Under the pieces are notes generated by a model. It saw only the letters and a program-made list of their open reading frames with translations, was not told where the DNA came from and made no database searches. Shown here piece by piece: positions 47,001-57,553 of a DNA stretch of 64,000 nucleotides. The position numbers and the translations under genes were made by a program. Location of the stretch: positions 124,001 through 188,000 of the IMG/VR virus record IMGVR_UViG_3300043449_002710; one strand, given 5' to 3'. Position 1 is the first letter of the stretch, and each line of letters starts with the position of its first letter.

Positions 47001-48415
47001 TAAAACTCCTCAATAATGATGCAACCAGAACCGCCGTTGCCACCTTTACCTGAACCCGAGCCACCGCCTGTACCACCCGCACCGACTGTGTAATTAAAAG
47101 TTACACCAGTATAGGGAATAATTGCACAGATATAGCCACCTGCGCCACCACCAGAACCCCCATAATAAGTCGTCCCACCTTCAGCCGGGGCACTACTTCC
47201 GCCGCCACCGCCACCACTACCGGTATTATTGCTGGCATCGGTTGGGGAGGTCAATCCACCACCGCCTGGACCATTTCCACCAAAAAAACTGTTTCCACCG
47301 GGTTGTCCCGCTAAAACCGTCGCGGCAGCAGTGCCGCCGCCATTCCATGTGGCATAACCAGTGCCAGCACTACCAATGACGTTACAAATGACTGTTACAC
47401 CCGTATAGGCTACGGTCCCACCAGTTCCGCCATTTCTACTAGAGGATGTGGCGGCGTTCCCAGAATATGCGGTGAGCGCTATAGTTCCGGCCCCATTTGA
47501 AAACACAGTATCGACACCATCCGTGCCGTAAGCTAGAGATATTCCACCGCCAGTACCACCACCACCACCACCGACCATCTGAATCCGAATATACTTTGCC
47601 GTACTCGGCATGGTGTAGGTTCCAGCTCCAAGCGTTGTTATATAGTGAATAGTCGGTACAGTAGCTGATCCACCACTGCCTGTGGGTCCGGTAGGGCCAA
47701 CATTGCCCGTAGCGCCCGTAGCGCCCGTGGGGCCCGTGGGGCCTGTAGCGCCCACACCTGTCGGGCCGGTAGGGCCAACTAAACTGGCTCCCGTGGGTCC
47801 GGTAGGACCAACTGCACCCTCTGCGCCTGTCGCGCCCGTAGGGCCTACATCTCCTACAGCCCCTGTCGGGCCTACCGCACCATCTAAGCCTGCCGAGCCG
47901 GTCGCGCCCACCGGTCCTTCCAATCCTGTAGGACCAACTGCGCCTGTGGGGCCAACTGCGCCTGTGGGGCCAACTGCGCCTGTGGGGCCTGTCACCCCGC
48001 GCATCCCAGTCGGGCCGGTCGCCCCTCGTGGACCTAAAGGACCACTGGGTCCCATCGGTCCTGTCGCGCCCACTGTTCCTGTCGGGCCAACCGCTCCAAC
48101 CGATCCTGTAGGACCAACCGTGCCACTAGGGCCTGTCGGCCCAGTGGGTCCAAGAGGTCCCGTGGGGCCAGGAATCTGCACAGGACCCGTGGGGCCTGTC
48201 GGTCCTGTCGGTCCTGTCGGACTAGGACCAGAATTCGAAAAGACATCAAAAATTAGAGGGTCATATGTGGTGTTGATCGCGGCGTTATATTGAGTCTGCG
48301 TGATCAAAAAATCGGATAAAGCGGGTACGACCAAATTTTCAGAGGTCAGCCCATAGCTTAAAACAAAAGTTTGCTGCAGTTCTGTCTTGTTACGAATCGT
48401 CCCGTAGTAAGCCAT
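46997..48415 (-). CDS. Collagen-like (GPT-rich) fibre with Gly-rich tip
   Basis: About 60 GXY triplets; VGGGGGG...GGGAGG Gly-rich domain. Confidence 0.88.
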   Translation of the reverse strand: MAYYGTIRNKTELQQTFVLSYGLTSENLVVPALSDFLITQTQYNAAINTTYDPLIFDVFSNSGPSPTGPTGPTGPTGPVQIPGPTGPLGPTGPTGPSGTVGPTGSVGAVGPTGTVGATGPMGPSGPLGPRGATGPTGMRGVTGPTGAVGPTGAVGPTGAVGPTGLEGPVGATGSAGLDGAVGPTGAVGDVGPTGATGAEGAVGPTGPTGASLVGPTGPTGVGATGPTGPTGATGATGNVGPTGPTGSGGSATVPTIHYITTLGAGTYTMPSTAKYIRIQMVGGGGGGTGGGISLAYGTDGVDTVFSNGAGTIALTAYSGNAATSSSRNGGTGGTVAYTGVTVICNVIGSAGTGYATWNGGGTAAATVLAGQPGGNSFFGGNGPGGGGLTSPTDASNNTGSGGGGGGSSAPAEGGTTYYGGSGGGAGGYICAIIPYTGVTFNYTVGAGGTGGGSGSGKGGNGGSGCIIIEEFY

Positions 48416-48465
48416 TGTGATCCCCTATAGATAATAACCTCAGGGGGATTTGGTATTTGTTTGAA

Positions 48466-48927
48466 CTACGCGAGGTAATAAATCCGCAAGCGATCCGAAG
48501 TGTCCAAGACGGATTGAAGGCCTTTGCCATCCCAACTTAAAAAATCATCAGACACAATAAAATCTTCGTCATAAGTAGCTGGACCGCCGCCGCTAAAAAT
48601 ATCCACCAAAACTTTATTGGGTTCTTTGGGTGCCAATGGAAGAGAGAGACCTTTATCCAAAAGCATCTGGCCAGTGATTTGTGGGTAAATGCAAACTTGC
48701 TGAATCGAATTACTTTCGATTAAACTTTGAAGAGATTGTTCGGCTGCGATAGCGCGAGAAGTCTCTACAGCGGTGAGATCGCCATCTTCTATGGCGTCTT
48801 TCAGAGTTTTATTGACTAAGTTGGCAGAAACAAAAATTTTGTAGTCAGGAGGTAGACTTGAAGCATCTAGTCCTAGATCCAACAACTCGGCTAAACTTTT
48901 GATATCTTCATTCTGAATCTTAGACAT
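48466..48927 (-). CDS. Fibre-associated structural protein
   Basis: MSKIQNEDIKS N-terminus; ETSRAIAAEQSL repeat shared with 36030..38444. Confidence 0.6.
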   Translation of the reverse strand: MSKIQNEDIKSLAELLDLGLDASSLPPDYKIFVSANLVNKTLKDAIEDGDLTAVETSRAIAAEQSLQSLIESNSIQQVCIYPQITGQMLLDKGLSLPLAPKEPNKVLVDIFSGGGPATYDEDFIVSDDFLSWDGKGLQSVLDTSDRLRIYYLA

Positions 48928-48959
48928 ACCGAGCCTTTTACCAAAATTGAATTTTTGTG

Positions 48960-49002
48960 AAAAACTTAATCCCGCTAGCTATGACGCGGGATTAAGTTTT
49001 TT
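48960..49002. terminator. Bidirectional terminator
   Basis: AAAACTTAATCCCGC...GCGGGATTAAGTTTT. Confidence 0.85.
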
Positions 49003-49007
49003 CCTAA

Positions 49008-49847
49008 TTAGACTAAATACCAGCAAATCAATTCTTGACCTACGACAGGTGCTGTACCGAAAGTTAGAGCACTTGCTGTCACCGTATATTGGTCTAAACC
49101 AGGACCTTGAGCAACAAGAAGCCCGTTTCTGAAAACCAAAACAAACCCTGCTGCATTCGGAGTGTGAGTCAAAGTAAATTCAGTTGTTGATCCGTTTCCA
49201 GCAAAGACTTCTTGATAGGGAACATAAGATCCGGCAGGGCCCGCAGGGCCGGTGGGTCCAACAGCTCCATCAGCACCCGCAGGGCCCGCAGGGCCAGTAG
49301 GGCCGTCTAAACCCGCAGGGCCGGTGGGTCCAACAGCTCCATCAGCACCCGCAGGGCCCGCAGGGCCAGTAGGGCCGTCTAAACCCGCAGGGCCAGTAGG
49401 GCCCACCAGACTAACTGGATCAATGAAAGCACGATTGTTAATAGATTGCAGTTTAGTCTGAAGAGGTTCGGAAATAAGTTGAAGTGAAACAGATCCGATT
49501 TCGATCAGCTTTTTATTTAAAGAAGTTCTACCAATAAAAGCTGTTCCTGCAGCAGGTCCATTGAGATCTTCCGCGCCTTCGTCGTCCCAGATCGAATGAA
49601 CCCGAATACCGTTTGTAGTAGCCCCAGGATAAGCCGAGGTTCCCACATCTTCAATCGTGACAATTTTCCATCGATTGTAAGTCCCGAAAAACGGGCTCTC
49701 ATCAACAAAAGCGTCTCCGATTTGAACGTCTGTAACAGACCAACCTTCTAATGTAGAGTCAATGACTTCCCCGATGACTTCCCAAATACCAGAGCCGAGA
49801 TCGGAAGCGCCTACGATATCAAATCGAGCATTAAACTTTTTAGACAT
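49008..49847 (-). CDS. Short collagen-like structural protein
   Basis: GPTGPAG repeats (54-bp DNA tandem); C-terminal [18 protein letters not shown] domain. Confidence 0.85.
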   Translation of the reverse strand: MSKKFNARFDIVGASDLGSGIWEVIGEVIDSTLEGWSVTDVQIGDAFVDESPFFGTYNRWKIVTIEDVGTSAYPGATTNGIRVHSIWDDEGAEDLNGPAAGTAFIGRTSLNKKLIEIGSVSLQLISEPLQTKLQSINNRAFIDPVSLVGPTGPAGLDGPTGPAGPAGADGAVGPTGPAGLDGPTGPAGPAGADGAVGPTGPAGPAGSYVPYQEVFAGNGSTTEFTLTHTPNAAGFVLVFRNGLLVAQGPGLDQYTVTASALTFGTAPVVGQELICWYLV

Positions 49848-49859
49848 GGTAAGCCTCTA

Positions 49860-51224
49860 TTAGAAAGCCAATTTTAATACGCAAGTCACACCTGAGGTTA
49901 AACCGTTAATAGTAAGCCTATCAAAGCCAGCAGAAATTGTGGCCGCAACAGCAACAGTTGCTCCCGAATCTTCTCTCCAAGCGTGATAATTAGGACGCCA
50001 AGCATTGGCTGCACTCGTATTGGTGCCAGCTCCACCGCTTGTTCCATATACAACCGTGAATTGAGTTCCACCGATTGTCGCCATTGGGAGTCTGATTCTG
50101 GCGGAAATCAAATTCACCCCGGCTGGAATTGTAAAAGTTCCAATAGCACCAACGCGAGCAAAAGTTATCCCACTGCCGTCTGCGAAAACTTCCACCTCTT
50201 CATTAGCTGTAGAAGAAGCTATATAACGAGAAAGCGATGCCCCACCACCGCCACCTACGGTAGTCCAACTCGTGTCGTAATCAGAGGCAGAATTTTTGGT
50301 TAATACTTGCCCCATCGAACCACCGGTTGGAACACCTGCACCCGTAGGGCCGGTGGGTCCTGCTGATCCAGCGGTTCCATTTGCGCCCGCAGGGCCGGTG
50401 GGTCCAACAGCTCCATCAGCGCCCGCAGGGCCGGTGGGTCCAACAGCTCCATCAGCGCCCGCAGGGCCGGGGGGTCCAATAGCTCCATCAGCGCCCGCAG
50501 GGCCAACATCACCCTGAGGGCCTGTTGGGCCTCCCGCAGGTCCAGGTTCGCCTTGAGGCCCCGTAGGGCCCGTATCCCCTACCGCGCCAATCGGTCCTGC
50601 CGGGCCCGTAGGTCCAACTTCGCCTGCCGGGCCGGTGGGGCCAGCCGCGCCGTCAGCTCCAGGGGCACCCGGCGCACCAGGAGAGCCAGGAGAGCCCGCA
50701 ATGCCGGAGGGGCCCATATCCCCTTGAGGGCCTGTAGGGCCAGTAGGTCCCGCATCGCCATCAAAACCCGCAGGGCCTGTCGGTCCCACAGGGCCAGTAG
50801 CTCCATCAGCGCCCGCAGGGCCAGTAGCTCCATCAGCGCCCGCAGGGCCAGTAGCTCCATCAGCGCCCGCAGGGCCTGTTGGGCCTCCTGCCGGACCCGG
50901 CTCGCCTTGGGGGCCCGTAGAACCATTTGCGCCTGCAGGGCCTGTCGGGCCTGCAGATCCAGCATTACCCGCAGGGCCTGTCGGTCCCGTAGGTCCGGTT
51001 GCTCCAGGTTGTGGAGTTGGGGGAGGTGGGATAGGATCGCCTTCTAAAATGATTTCAAAAATCAAATGGTCATATTGAGTAGCGGAAGCCACTTCGAGTT
51101 GATCAAAAGTCAAAGGATAAAGACCAAAAGCAGGGACACTTAAGGACTCTTGATAAGTCGAGTAAGCCAAGGTGAAAACTTGCGGGATACCCGTTTTATT
51201 TCTAATGTTCGCTACGTATGCCAT
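49860..51224 (-). CDS. Collagen-like (GPT/GPA) fibre protein
   Basis: About 70 GXY triplets; N-terminus homologous to 46997..48415; [16 protein letters not shown] linker. Confidence 0.88.
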   Translation of the reverse strand: MAYVANIRNKTGIPQVFTLAYSTYQESLSVPAFGLYPLTFDQLEVASATQYDHLIFEIILEGDPIPPPPTPQPGATGPTGPTGPAGNAGSAGPTGPAGANGSTGPQGEPGPAGGPTGPAGADGATGPAGADGATGPAGADGATGPVGPTGPAGFDGDAGPTGPTGPQGDMGPSGIAGSPGSPGAPGAPGADGAAGPTGPAGEVGPTGPAGPIGAVGDTGPTGPQGEPGPAGGPTGPQGDVGPAGADGAIGPPGPAGADGAVGPTGPAGADGAVGPTGPAGANGTAGSAGPTGPTGAGVPTGGSMGQVLTKNSASDYDTSWTTVGGGGGASLSRYIASSTANEEVEVFADGSGITFARVGAIGTFTIPAGVNLISARIRLPMATIGGTQFTVVYGTSGGAGTNTSAANAWRPNYHAWREDSGATVAVAATISAGFDRLTINGLTSGVTCVLKLAF

Positions 51225-51252
51225 TCTTTTTCTCCCTCAAAATTAAAAATTT

Positions 51253-51618
51253 TTACGGTGCTGTATAATTCAAAACTTGTTTGGGTGTGAGCGGTGCCCC
51301 ATTGTCTTGCTGAACCTGCAGCACGTTTTCATAAATCAAGTCTAAGAGTCGGGTTAAAAAACTTACATCCCCACCATTACGAGCATTGCTCACCAAGACT
51401 TCAAAGTCGGCGTCTTCGATCAAAAAAGTTTCACCGGGTCTAAGGTTAATTTGGAAAGCACTCCCATTCCGAATCGGATCTGCCGAGGAAGCGTTAATCG
51501 GTCTTGGGATCAAAACATTCGAGATCGGCCCTAACTGAAGAGCAAAGGCATTTGCTGGGGCCGTGCTAATAACCGGGTGTGAAGCAAGGGCAGTTGGGGT
51601 AAAAGAAATGTTAACCAC
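51253..51618 (-). CDS. Small structural protein (GTG start after GGAGAGG)
   Basis: Late-type motif at 51638..51645; first gene of the fibre operon. Confidence 0.55.
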   Translation of the reverse strand: MVNISFTPTALASHPVISTAPANAFALQLGPISNVLIPRPINASSADPIRNGSAFQINLRPGETFLIEDADFEVLVSNARNGGDVSFLTRLLDLIYENVLQVQQDNGAPLTPKQVLNYTAP

Positions 51619-51694
51619 AAGTTTTTCCTCTCCCAAGAAAATAACTCAATTTTTGTCTCGGTCCTCTTTTGAATAGAATCGTTATTCTTTATAT

Positions 51695-52660
51695 ATGTCC
51701 ACTTTACGAGGTCCAGGACCGGTTCGAAGTTTAAGGCAAGCCATAGAAGACCGAAACGCGAAATTCTCCCGCACAGAAGTCTTAGAGGATGAACCGTACA
51801 AGCAAGCTCTAGAACAGCTCCTCCCTCAAATCGCAGCCGAAAGTGAACAAGCAGCCAAACCCGCAAGAGTCCCGTTTCTTTATTATCGGAAAAAAAGAAT
51901 GGGCAGGCGCTGCTCTTGTTTCCACATCGAAACTTCTCCAGACGCAAATTGTCAGATTTGTTTTGGCTGTGGCTATGTCGGCGGTTGGGATTTACACGGC
52001 TGTCGATCCGAATGGATTGATGTGACCCAAGAAAATTTAAGATTGGTCAATCTTCAAGCCGATACCCAAGCAGGGACTAGACCAGTCTATTTCACCATGG
52101 AGGATGGAACAAACAGATCTTTCTTGGAACTCGATTTAGAGATTGTCAGAAACATCAAAAAAACCCAATGCCTTCAGATCGCGGTTGGAAACAAACGTAG
52201 GGGGGCTTCAGTCGATGCTTTTGTAAAAGCATCGGGGGATTTGAATTTTGTTCCGCTCACGGAAGCTAATTTGGATGCTAGGCTAAATGAGAGTAAGCTT
52301 TCTTTTCGAATCGAATTGAATAGAAACAATACTACAGTCGAATCCCCTAGACTCAGCCATGTCTTAATTCGATATCAATTAGTCCCAGAGATTAGAATGT
52401 ACGGAGATATGAATCTTGGGGATAATGCTTTTGAGTTAGGAGATCTCGGTTTCTTCGATTCGTTTTCCACCTTGAATGTCTACGTCCCACCTAGCTTTGA
52501 TCAGATTAACAATGAAGACTTTTTGATTCGGCAATCCGACCAAAAACGATTCAAAGTCACGCGGTTTCAACGCAATGCTCCACTCGAAGTATTAACAAGT
52601 CACATGGTCACAGCTCGGCTTCTGATCCCTGGAACAGATTCTTTGATTTATTTTCCTTGA
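51695..52660 (+). CDS. Putative head-completion/neck protein with Zn finger
   Basis: GRRCSC..CQICFGCGYVGG; late-type motif upstream. Confidence 0.5.
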   Translation: MSTLRGPGPVRSLRQAIEDRNAKFSRTEVLEDEPYKQALEQLLPQIAAESEQAAKPARVPFLYYRKKRMGRRCSCFHIETSPDANCQICFGCGYVGGWDLHGCRSEWIDVTQENLRLVNLQADTQAGTRPVYFTMEDGTNRSFLELDLEIVRNIKKTQCLQIAVGNKRRGASVDAFVKASGDLNFVPLTEANLDARLNESKLSFRIELNRNNTTVESPRLSHVLIRYQLVPEIRMYGDMNLGDNAFELGDLGFFDSFSTLNVYVPPSFDQINNEDFLIRQSDQKRFKVTRFQRNAPLEVLTSHMVTARLLIPGTDSLIYFP

Positions 52661-52697
52661 TCGTTTTTAGCGGTAGATAATTTGGTTAATAGTATTC

Positions 52698-53759
52698 ATG
52701 CCGCTCAAGATCGCCGTTTACGCTATAGCGAAAAACGAAGAAAAAAATATTTCAAGTTGGTTGGAAAACACAAAAAATGCAGATTTCCGATTGGTCTGTG
52801 ACACTGGAAGTACAGACAAAACCTTGGAGATATTGAAAGAAAACAATATCGAAACTTGCCAGATTACAGTCAGCCCTTGGCGGTTTGACATTGCTCGTAA
52901 TACCGCGCTGAATCTTCTACCTTCCGATATTGATGTCTGCATTTGGCAAGACTTTGACGAAACTTTCAATCCGAACTGGAGAGAAGAATTGGAAAAGAAT
53001 TGGGTGGGTGGGACCACGACCGTCTATCACAAGTATCGAAACAACAATTCTTCCTGGCAATGGCACAGCAAAATCCACGCAAGACACTACTGCATTTGGG
53101 CAGGCTGCGTACACGAAACATTGAAATGGTCTTGTCCCGAAAAAGATATCTGGATTGCAGAGATCTATCTAGATGAAAAGCAAGACCTAGAAAAAGACCG
53201 ATCCGGTTACTTGAAGCTTTTGGAAAAGAAAATATCGGAAGGGGATAACCATTGGAGAACTTTTTATTTCCTATCCTCCGAGTATCAAAAAATTGAAAAT
53301 TGGAATCAGGACATAGCTTATAAGATAAAAAGCTTCCAGTTTTGCCAAGACGGAGGAGTCTCCAAATCCTACATCGCAAGAAACATCGCTATTTCTTACC
53401 AGCAGTTAAAAAACTGGTCGGAAGCTGAGAAGTGGTTAAAGACGGGATTGGATGAAAGCGAAGAAAGAGAAACTCTTTTTGCCTTAGCCTATTTGTATTA
53501 CGCACAGAAAAAATGGGGCGAATGCTACATCTACTCCAAAAAGTGCCTTGAAAAAAAAGAAAGAAGAGACGGATTCACTTTCGATGCGAGAGCCTGGGGA
53601 GAATCGCCTTTCGATTTAGCGGCTTTATCCGCCTACAATTTGGAAATGTATTCAGAAGCTTGTTCTTTGGGGAAGAAAGCCCTTGAATTAAAGCCCAACG
53701 ACCCTAGACTTCTTTTAAATCTCAGAATGTACGAGAACAAAAATGGTCAATCGCGCTAA
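52698..53759 (+). CDS. GT2 glycosyltransferase with TPR repeats
   Basis: YAIAKNEE, DTGSTD, FDIARN, QDFDE, VHE; TPR C-terminus. Confidence 0.92.
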   Translation: MPLKIAVYAIAKNEEKNISSWLENTKNADFRLVCDTGSTDKTLEILKENNIETCQITVSPWRFDIARNTALNLLPSDIDVCIWQDFDETFNPNWREELEKNWVGGTTTVYHKYRNNNSSWQWHSKIHARHYCIWAGCVHETLKWSCPEKDIWIAEIYLDEKQDLEKDRSGYLKLLEKKISEGDNHWRTFYFLSSEYQKIENWNQDIAYKIKSFQFCQDGGVSKSYIARNIAISYQQLKNWSEAEKWLKTGLDESEERETLFALAYLYYAQKKWGECYIYSKKCLEKKERRDGFTFDARAWGESPFDLAALSAYNLEMYSEACSLGKKALELKPNDPRLLLNLRMYENKNGQSR

Positions 53760-54846
53760 GACTTGTGTTTATGCCATCTGTTTGAATGAGATTAAATTCG
53801 TGGACGCTTTCATGAAGCATTCGAGTGAAGCGGATTTAATTCTCGTTTGTGATACCGGATCGACGGACGGAACTGCAGAGAGGTTAAAAGAACTCGGAGC
53901 TACAGTTCATCGCATCACTCAAAAACCTTGGCGCTTTGACGTGCCTAGGAATACGGCGCTGAGCCTTGTACCTAGTGACATCGACATCTGCCTCAGTATC
54001 GACTTAGACGAGCAGCTTCAGCCTGGGTGGAGCGCCGCTTTAGAAAAAGTGTGGCAAGAGAAACAAGGAACAATCAAGCGGGTGTCCTATGACTACACTT
54101 GGAATTGGAAAGCAGACGGAACGCCCGATGTCAGATTCTTTACCGATAAGATCCACCATCGCCATGGTTACCGCTGGAAGCACCCTTGTCACGAAACTCT
54201 GTATTGGGAAGGAGAAGGGTCTGAGGTTTATGTTCAGATCCCTGAGATCAAGCTCCATCACTTTGCCGACCCTACAAAAAGCCGAAGCCAGTATCTGCAT
54301 TTATTGAAGCTTGCCGTCGAAGAAGACCCCAATGGGGATCGGATGCGGCACTACTACGCTCGCGAGCTAATGTTCAAAGGTCAGTACGAAGAAGCCATTA
54401 AGCACTTTGAGCATCATTTGAAAATGCCCCAAGCTACTTGGAAAGAGGAGCGCTGCGCAAGCTTGAGATTCATTGCTCGTTGCCACAGGTATCTAGGCAG
54501 AAAAGATCTCAGCCAAGAATGGGCCATCAAAGCGATTTTGGAGTTATCTACGACCCGCGAGCCTTGGTTGGACTTGGCTCAATCCGCCTATTTCAATCAG
54601 GACTGGCCCACTTGCTTTTGGGCTGCCACCAAATGCTTGGGCATTCAAAACAAGACTTTGAGTTACATTGCGGATGCGAGCGCCTGGGGATTTGAACCTT
54701 ATGACTTGGCTGGGATTAGCGCATGGCATCTGGGCTTAAAAGAAAAAGCCAAGGAATATAGCCTAGAAGCCTACAAACGGTTTCAAGATAACCGATTAAA
54801 AGCCAACTGTTTAGTCTTAGGATGGAAGCCTGACGAATTACCTTAA
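53743..54846 (+). CDS. GT2 glycosyltransferase with TPR repeats
   Basis: YAICLNE, DTGSTD, FDVPRN, IDLDE, CHE, YYARE; TPR C-terminus. Confidence 0.92.
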   Translation: MVNRAKTCVYAICLNEIKFVDAFMKHSSEADLILVCDTGSTDGTAERLKELGATVHRITQKPWRFDVPRNTALSLVPSDIDICLSIDLDEQLQPGWSAALEKVWQEKQGTIKRVSYDYTWNWKADGTPDVRFFTDKIHHRHGYRWKHPCHETLYWEGEGSEVYVQIPEIKLHHFADPTKSRSQYLHLLKLAVEEDPNGDRMRHYYARELMFKGQYEEAIKHFEHHLKMPQATWKEERCASLRFIARCHRYLGRKDLSQEWAIKAILELSTTREPWLDLAQSAYFNQDWPTCFWAATKCLGIQNKTLSYIADASAWGFEPYDLAGISAWHLGLKEKAKEYSLEAYKRFQDNRLKANCLVLGWKPDELP

Positions 54847-54863
54847 GGGTTATTTTTTAGAGT

Positions 54864-56432
54864 ATGAGAGCCTACTTTAAATTCCCCACCCTTGCTGCGA
54901 TTGTTCTAGGGCGTAATGTTGTCAACGTTCCTGGGATTGAGGACTTTGTCGAAAAATTCGAGCAAAACGATCCAAGAATCGACAACTGGCTGAAGCGGAA
55001 TCTGAGGAATTGGCTCATCAAGGATTACGACCGTTTCAGGCAGATCACACACCAAGAAGGAAACCCCGACTGGGTAGGCAAGGCCTTGGAGCGCGGTGAG
55101 AAAGTCTATGAAGTCAGACTTGATCGAGAGATCTTTGACAAGATCTCTCATGTGATCGATTGGTTCAAATCGGACGACTCGCCTAAAAGGCTGGATGCCG
55201 TAACGGTGCCCGAAGCCCTCAAGCAATCGGACGCCTGGACTGAGAAGCTTACCAAAAAGAAAGTCGATCAAGGGATTGCTCTTGCGGGAGAAGAGATTTT
55301 TAAAAAGTACGGTGACGGGTATTCTTGGCGCAAATTGGTTTCCGAAGAAGCTTTGGTTCTTGAAGGAAAGAAAATGGGCCATTGCGTGGGCGGTTACTGG
55401 AGTTCTGTGCAATCAGGGGAGACCGAGATCCTTTCCTTACGCGACCCTAAAAACGAACCTCACTGCACAGTTGAAATTAGCCACAACGAAGTACGTCAAA
55501 TCAAAGGCAAGCAAAACAAATCGGTCATCAAAGAGTATTGGTCTTATGCACAAGACCTTTTGAAAACTTTGAAAGAAAACGGCGTTTATGTCGGTGCTAA
55601 CAACTTATCCAATATTGGTCTCTATGAGATCGATGGAAAGATTGTCACTTTCAAAGAACTTGTAGCAAACCTAGACTTAGTGAAAGCTCTTTTGAAAAAA
55701 CATTTCGGTATTGATGTGACGGATGAAATGCAAGTCCAAGTTACCGAAGATGGAATTGAAGTCGGATCTAAATTTGTGGATATCCTTTTGGGGTTTTTGC
55801 CTCTTCCACGTAGACAAATTGAAGCCTATAAAAATCTCATGGAGGATTCTTACGACACAGAATTTTCCATTCACGACCACGATGTCACCGATCTCTATGA
55901 CTATGTAGAAAAGCATTACCCCAAGGCTTACAAAAGATTGGTGAAGCTTCTTGAAAGTGTCGCAACCGAGGAAGAAGCTAAAAACGAAGACTACTTGAGC
56001 CACCGCTCGGCAAGCACTTTCTTGAAGGTGTATTCCGATGAATTGCAGCCGATTTATGATGCCGCGATCTCAGGAATCTCTGACGGCTGGAGTGTTGGAA
56101 CACAAGACGCTGCTCACAAATACGTCAAAGATAAATTGTCGGAGTACGGTTGGCTGTGCGATTCCTATACTTCCGAAGATGGAGACGGTACAGTTTGGCT
56201 TCATCTCAGTTCTAGCGCAATTGCGGATGGTTATTTAGGTGATCTCTACAAAGACCCCTACGGAAGAAGAGATGGCTTTAATAGCGAATTCGATGAAGAA
56301 GTTGCCAAGGAGCGCTTTGTCGATGCGCTATTTGAGAATGGTTTCCTAAATCAAGCGGATATGGCGAGTAAGAAAAAATTAAAATCCGCTTTGGAGTATC
56401 CGGCTTTGGGAAAAATCCTAACTAGATTTTAA
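54864..56432 (+). CDS. PcfJ-like domain protein tagged at both ends
   Basis: EGKKMGHCVGGY..ILSLRD...PHCTVEI..QIKGKQN; FPTLAAIVLG and YPALGKILTRF*. Confidence 0.75.
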   Translation: MRAYFKFPTLAAIVLGRNVVNVPGIEDFVEKFEQNDPRIDNWLKRNLRNWLIKDYDRFRQITHQEGNPDWVGKALERGEKVYEVRLDREIFDKISHVIDWFKSDDSPKRLDAVTVPEALKQSDAWTEKLTKKKVDQGIALAGEEIFKKYGDGYSWRKLVSEEALVLEGKKMGHCVGGYWSSVQSGETEILSLRDPKNEPHCTVEISHNEVRQIKGKQNKSVIKEYWSYAQDLLKTLKENGVYVGANNLSNIGLYEIDGKIVTFKELVANLDLVKALLKKHFGIDVTDEMQVQVTEDGIEVGSKFVDILLGFLPLPRRQIEAYKNLMEDSYDTEFSIHDHDVTDLYDYVEKHYPKAYKRLVKLLESVATEEEAKNEDYLSHRSASTFLKVYSDELQPIYDAAISGISDGWSVGTQDAAHKYVKDKLSEYGWLCDSYTSEDGDGTVWLHLSSSAIADGYLGDLYKDPYGRRDGFNSEFDEEVAKERFVDALFENGFLNQADMASKKKLKSALEYPALGKILTRF

Positions 56433-56462
56433 ATTGACTTATTAAGTCAATTAAGTTAAAAT
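56432..56462 (+). promoter_or_regulatory. Sigma70 promoter overlapped by perfect palindrome
   Basis: AATTGACTTA-T-TAAGTCAATT; TTGACT-17-TAAAAT. Confidence 0.75.
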
Positions 56463-56468
56463 TCTCCT

Positions 56469-56915
56469 GTGGCAAAAAAAACTCGCCTTAAAAACTATCC
56501 GAGTCTTGAAATGGTTTTATCCATGGCCTTTAGTCGGGACCGTTGGGTGGACAAAGTTAGGCACCGGTTAGAGGGGGCTTTGGGCGAATACGCCAAGCAG
56601 AAGTTTGCCGAAGCCATTGGATACACGGGTTGGGATTGGACCATTGAAGTAGAAACGATTCTGGCAGGTGTTTCGGACTTAATGAACACTAAAAAAGTTC
56701 AAACCAAAACAAAATTTGACCGCAAAAAAGCTTTCCAAGAAGCTTACCAAGATGCTCAGGGCAGTTATGATCAAATCGTCCACGCTCGAAACACCTTGTG
56801 TAGAGAGCATCCATTCAACATGGAACAATACCAAAGAATTAGGCTTGTAAAACTAGATGCCGATACTTTGCTTAGAGAAATGGTTCTTAAATTTCTCCCG
56901 GGGATTTTGAATTAA
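56469..56915 (+). CDS. YP-tagged hypothetical protein
   Basis: KNYPSLEMVLS. Confidence 0.7.
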   Translation: MAKKTRLKNYPSLEMVLSMAFSRDRWVDKVRHRLEGALGEYAKQKFAEAIGYTGWDWTIEVETILAGVSDLMNTKKVQTKTKFDRKKAFQEAYQDAQGSYDQIVHARNTLCREHPFNMEQYQRIRLVKLDADTLLREMVLKFLPGILN

Positions 56916-56924
56916 ACACGCCAC

Positions 56925-56953
56925 TTGACCTGCTAAGTCATTTGATATAACAT
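56925..56953 (+). promoter_or_regulatory. Sigma70-like promoter with related operator
   Basis: TTGACC-17-TAACAT containing TGACC-TGC-TAAGTCA. Confidence 0.6.
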
Positions 56954-56962
56954 TGCTATAGC

Positions 56963-57547
56963 ATGTCTTACTCTAAAAAGTTGATTCAGATTAGGTCCAA
57001 GAAAAACTGGAGCCAGGAAAAGCTGGCCTCCCACCTGAATGTCAGTTTCGCTACCGTGAATCGATGGGAAAATGAAAAATCTGAACCGCAAAGAGAAGCC
57101 AGAGAGTCGATTGATGTTTTGTGGGGAAGCCTACAAGAAGAAAACTACCCTGCCCTCAACCAAGTCCTCGCGCATTCGAAAAGATCCAAGCTCACCATTC
57201 TTTTGGACGAGAACCTTTTTCAGCTCAAGCCAGCCCTAAAAGACTCTGGGTTTAAAGTCATCTTAATGAAAAAAGGAACCTCCGACGAGGAGATTAGGGA
57301 GCTTGCCGAAGGCACTGCCATCCTCACAACTAATTCCAAAGACTTTATTCCCCACGCTGTCGCGGACGATTTCGATGTCATCTCGGCGGAACTGATCAAG
57401 TTCATCGATACTGAGCCCACTCGTAAAAACCAGACGGTTCAAAAGATAGCCAAAGCCATTCGAGAAAGTGGGATGGTTTTCACCCGTGGTAATTTCAATT
57501 TAGTCGTCCGAGATGACGGATCTTACGAACTCAAACCTTTAGTCTAA
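56963..57547 (+). CDS. XRE HTH fused to PIN-like (DUF5615/Mut7-C-type) domain
   Basis: SQEKLASHLNVSFATVNRWENEKSEP; ILLDENL..SDEEIRELA..ILTTNSKDF. Confidence 0.82.
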   Translation: MSYSKKLIQIRSKKNWSQEKLASHLNVSFATVNRWENEKSEPQREARESIDVLWGSLQEENYPALNQVLAHSKRSKLTILLDENLFQLKPALKDSGFKVILMKKGTSDEEIRELAEGTAILTTNSKDFIPHAVADDFDVISAELIKFIDTEPTRKNQTVQKIAKAIRESGMVFTRGNFNLVVRDDGSYELKPLV

Positions 57548-57553
57548 GTTGAG

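Noticed and set aside
47680-51000. GC-rich tandem repeats and antisense Pro/Gly ORFs
   Set aside because: Explained by collagen GXY coding on the minus strand.
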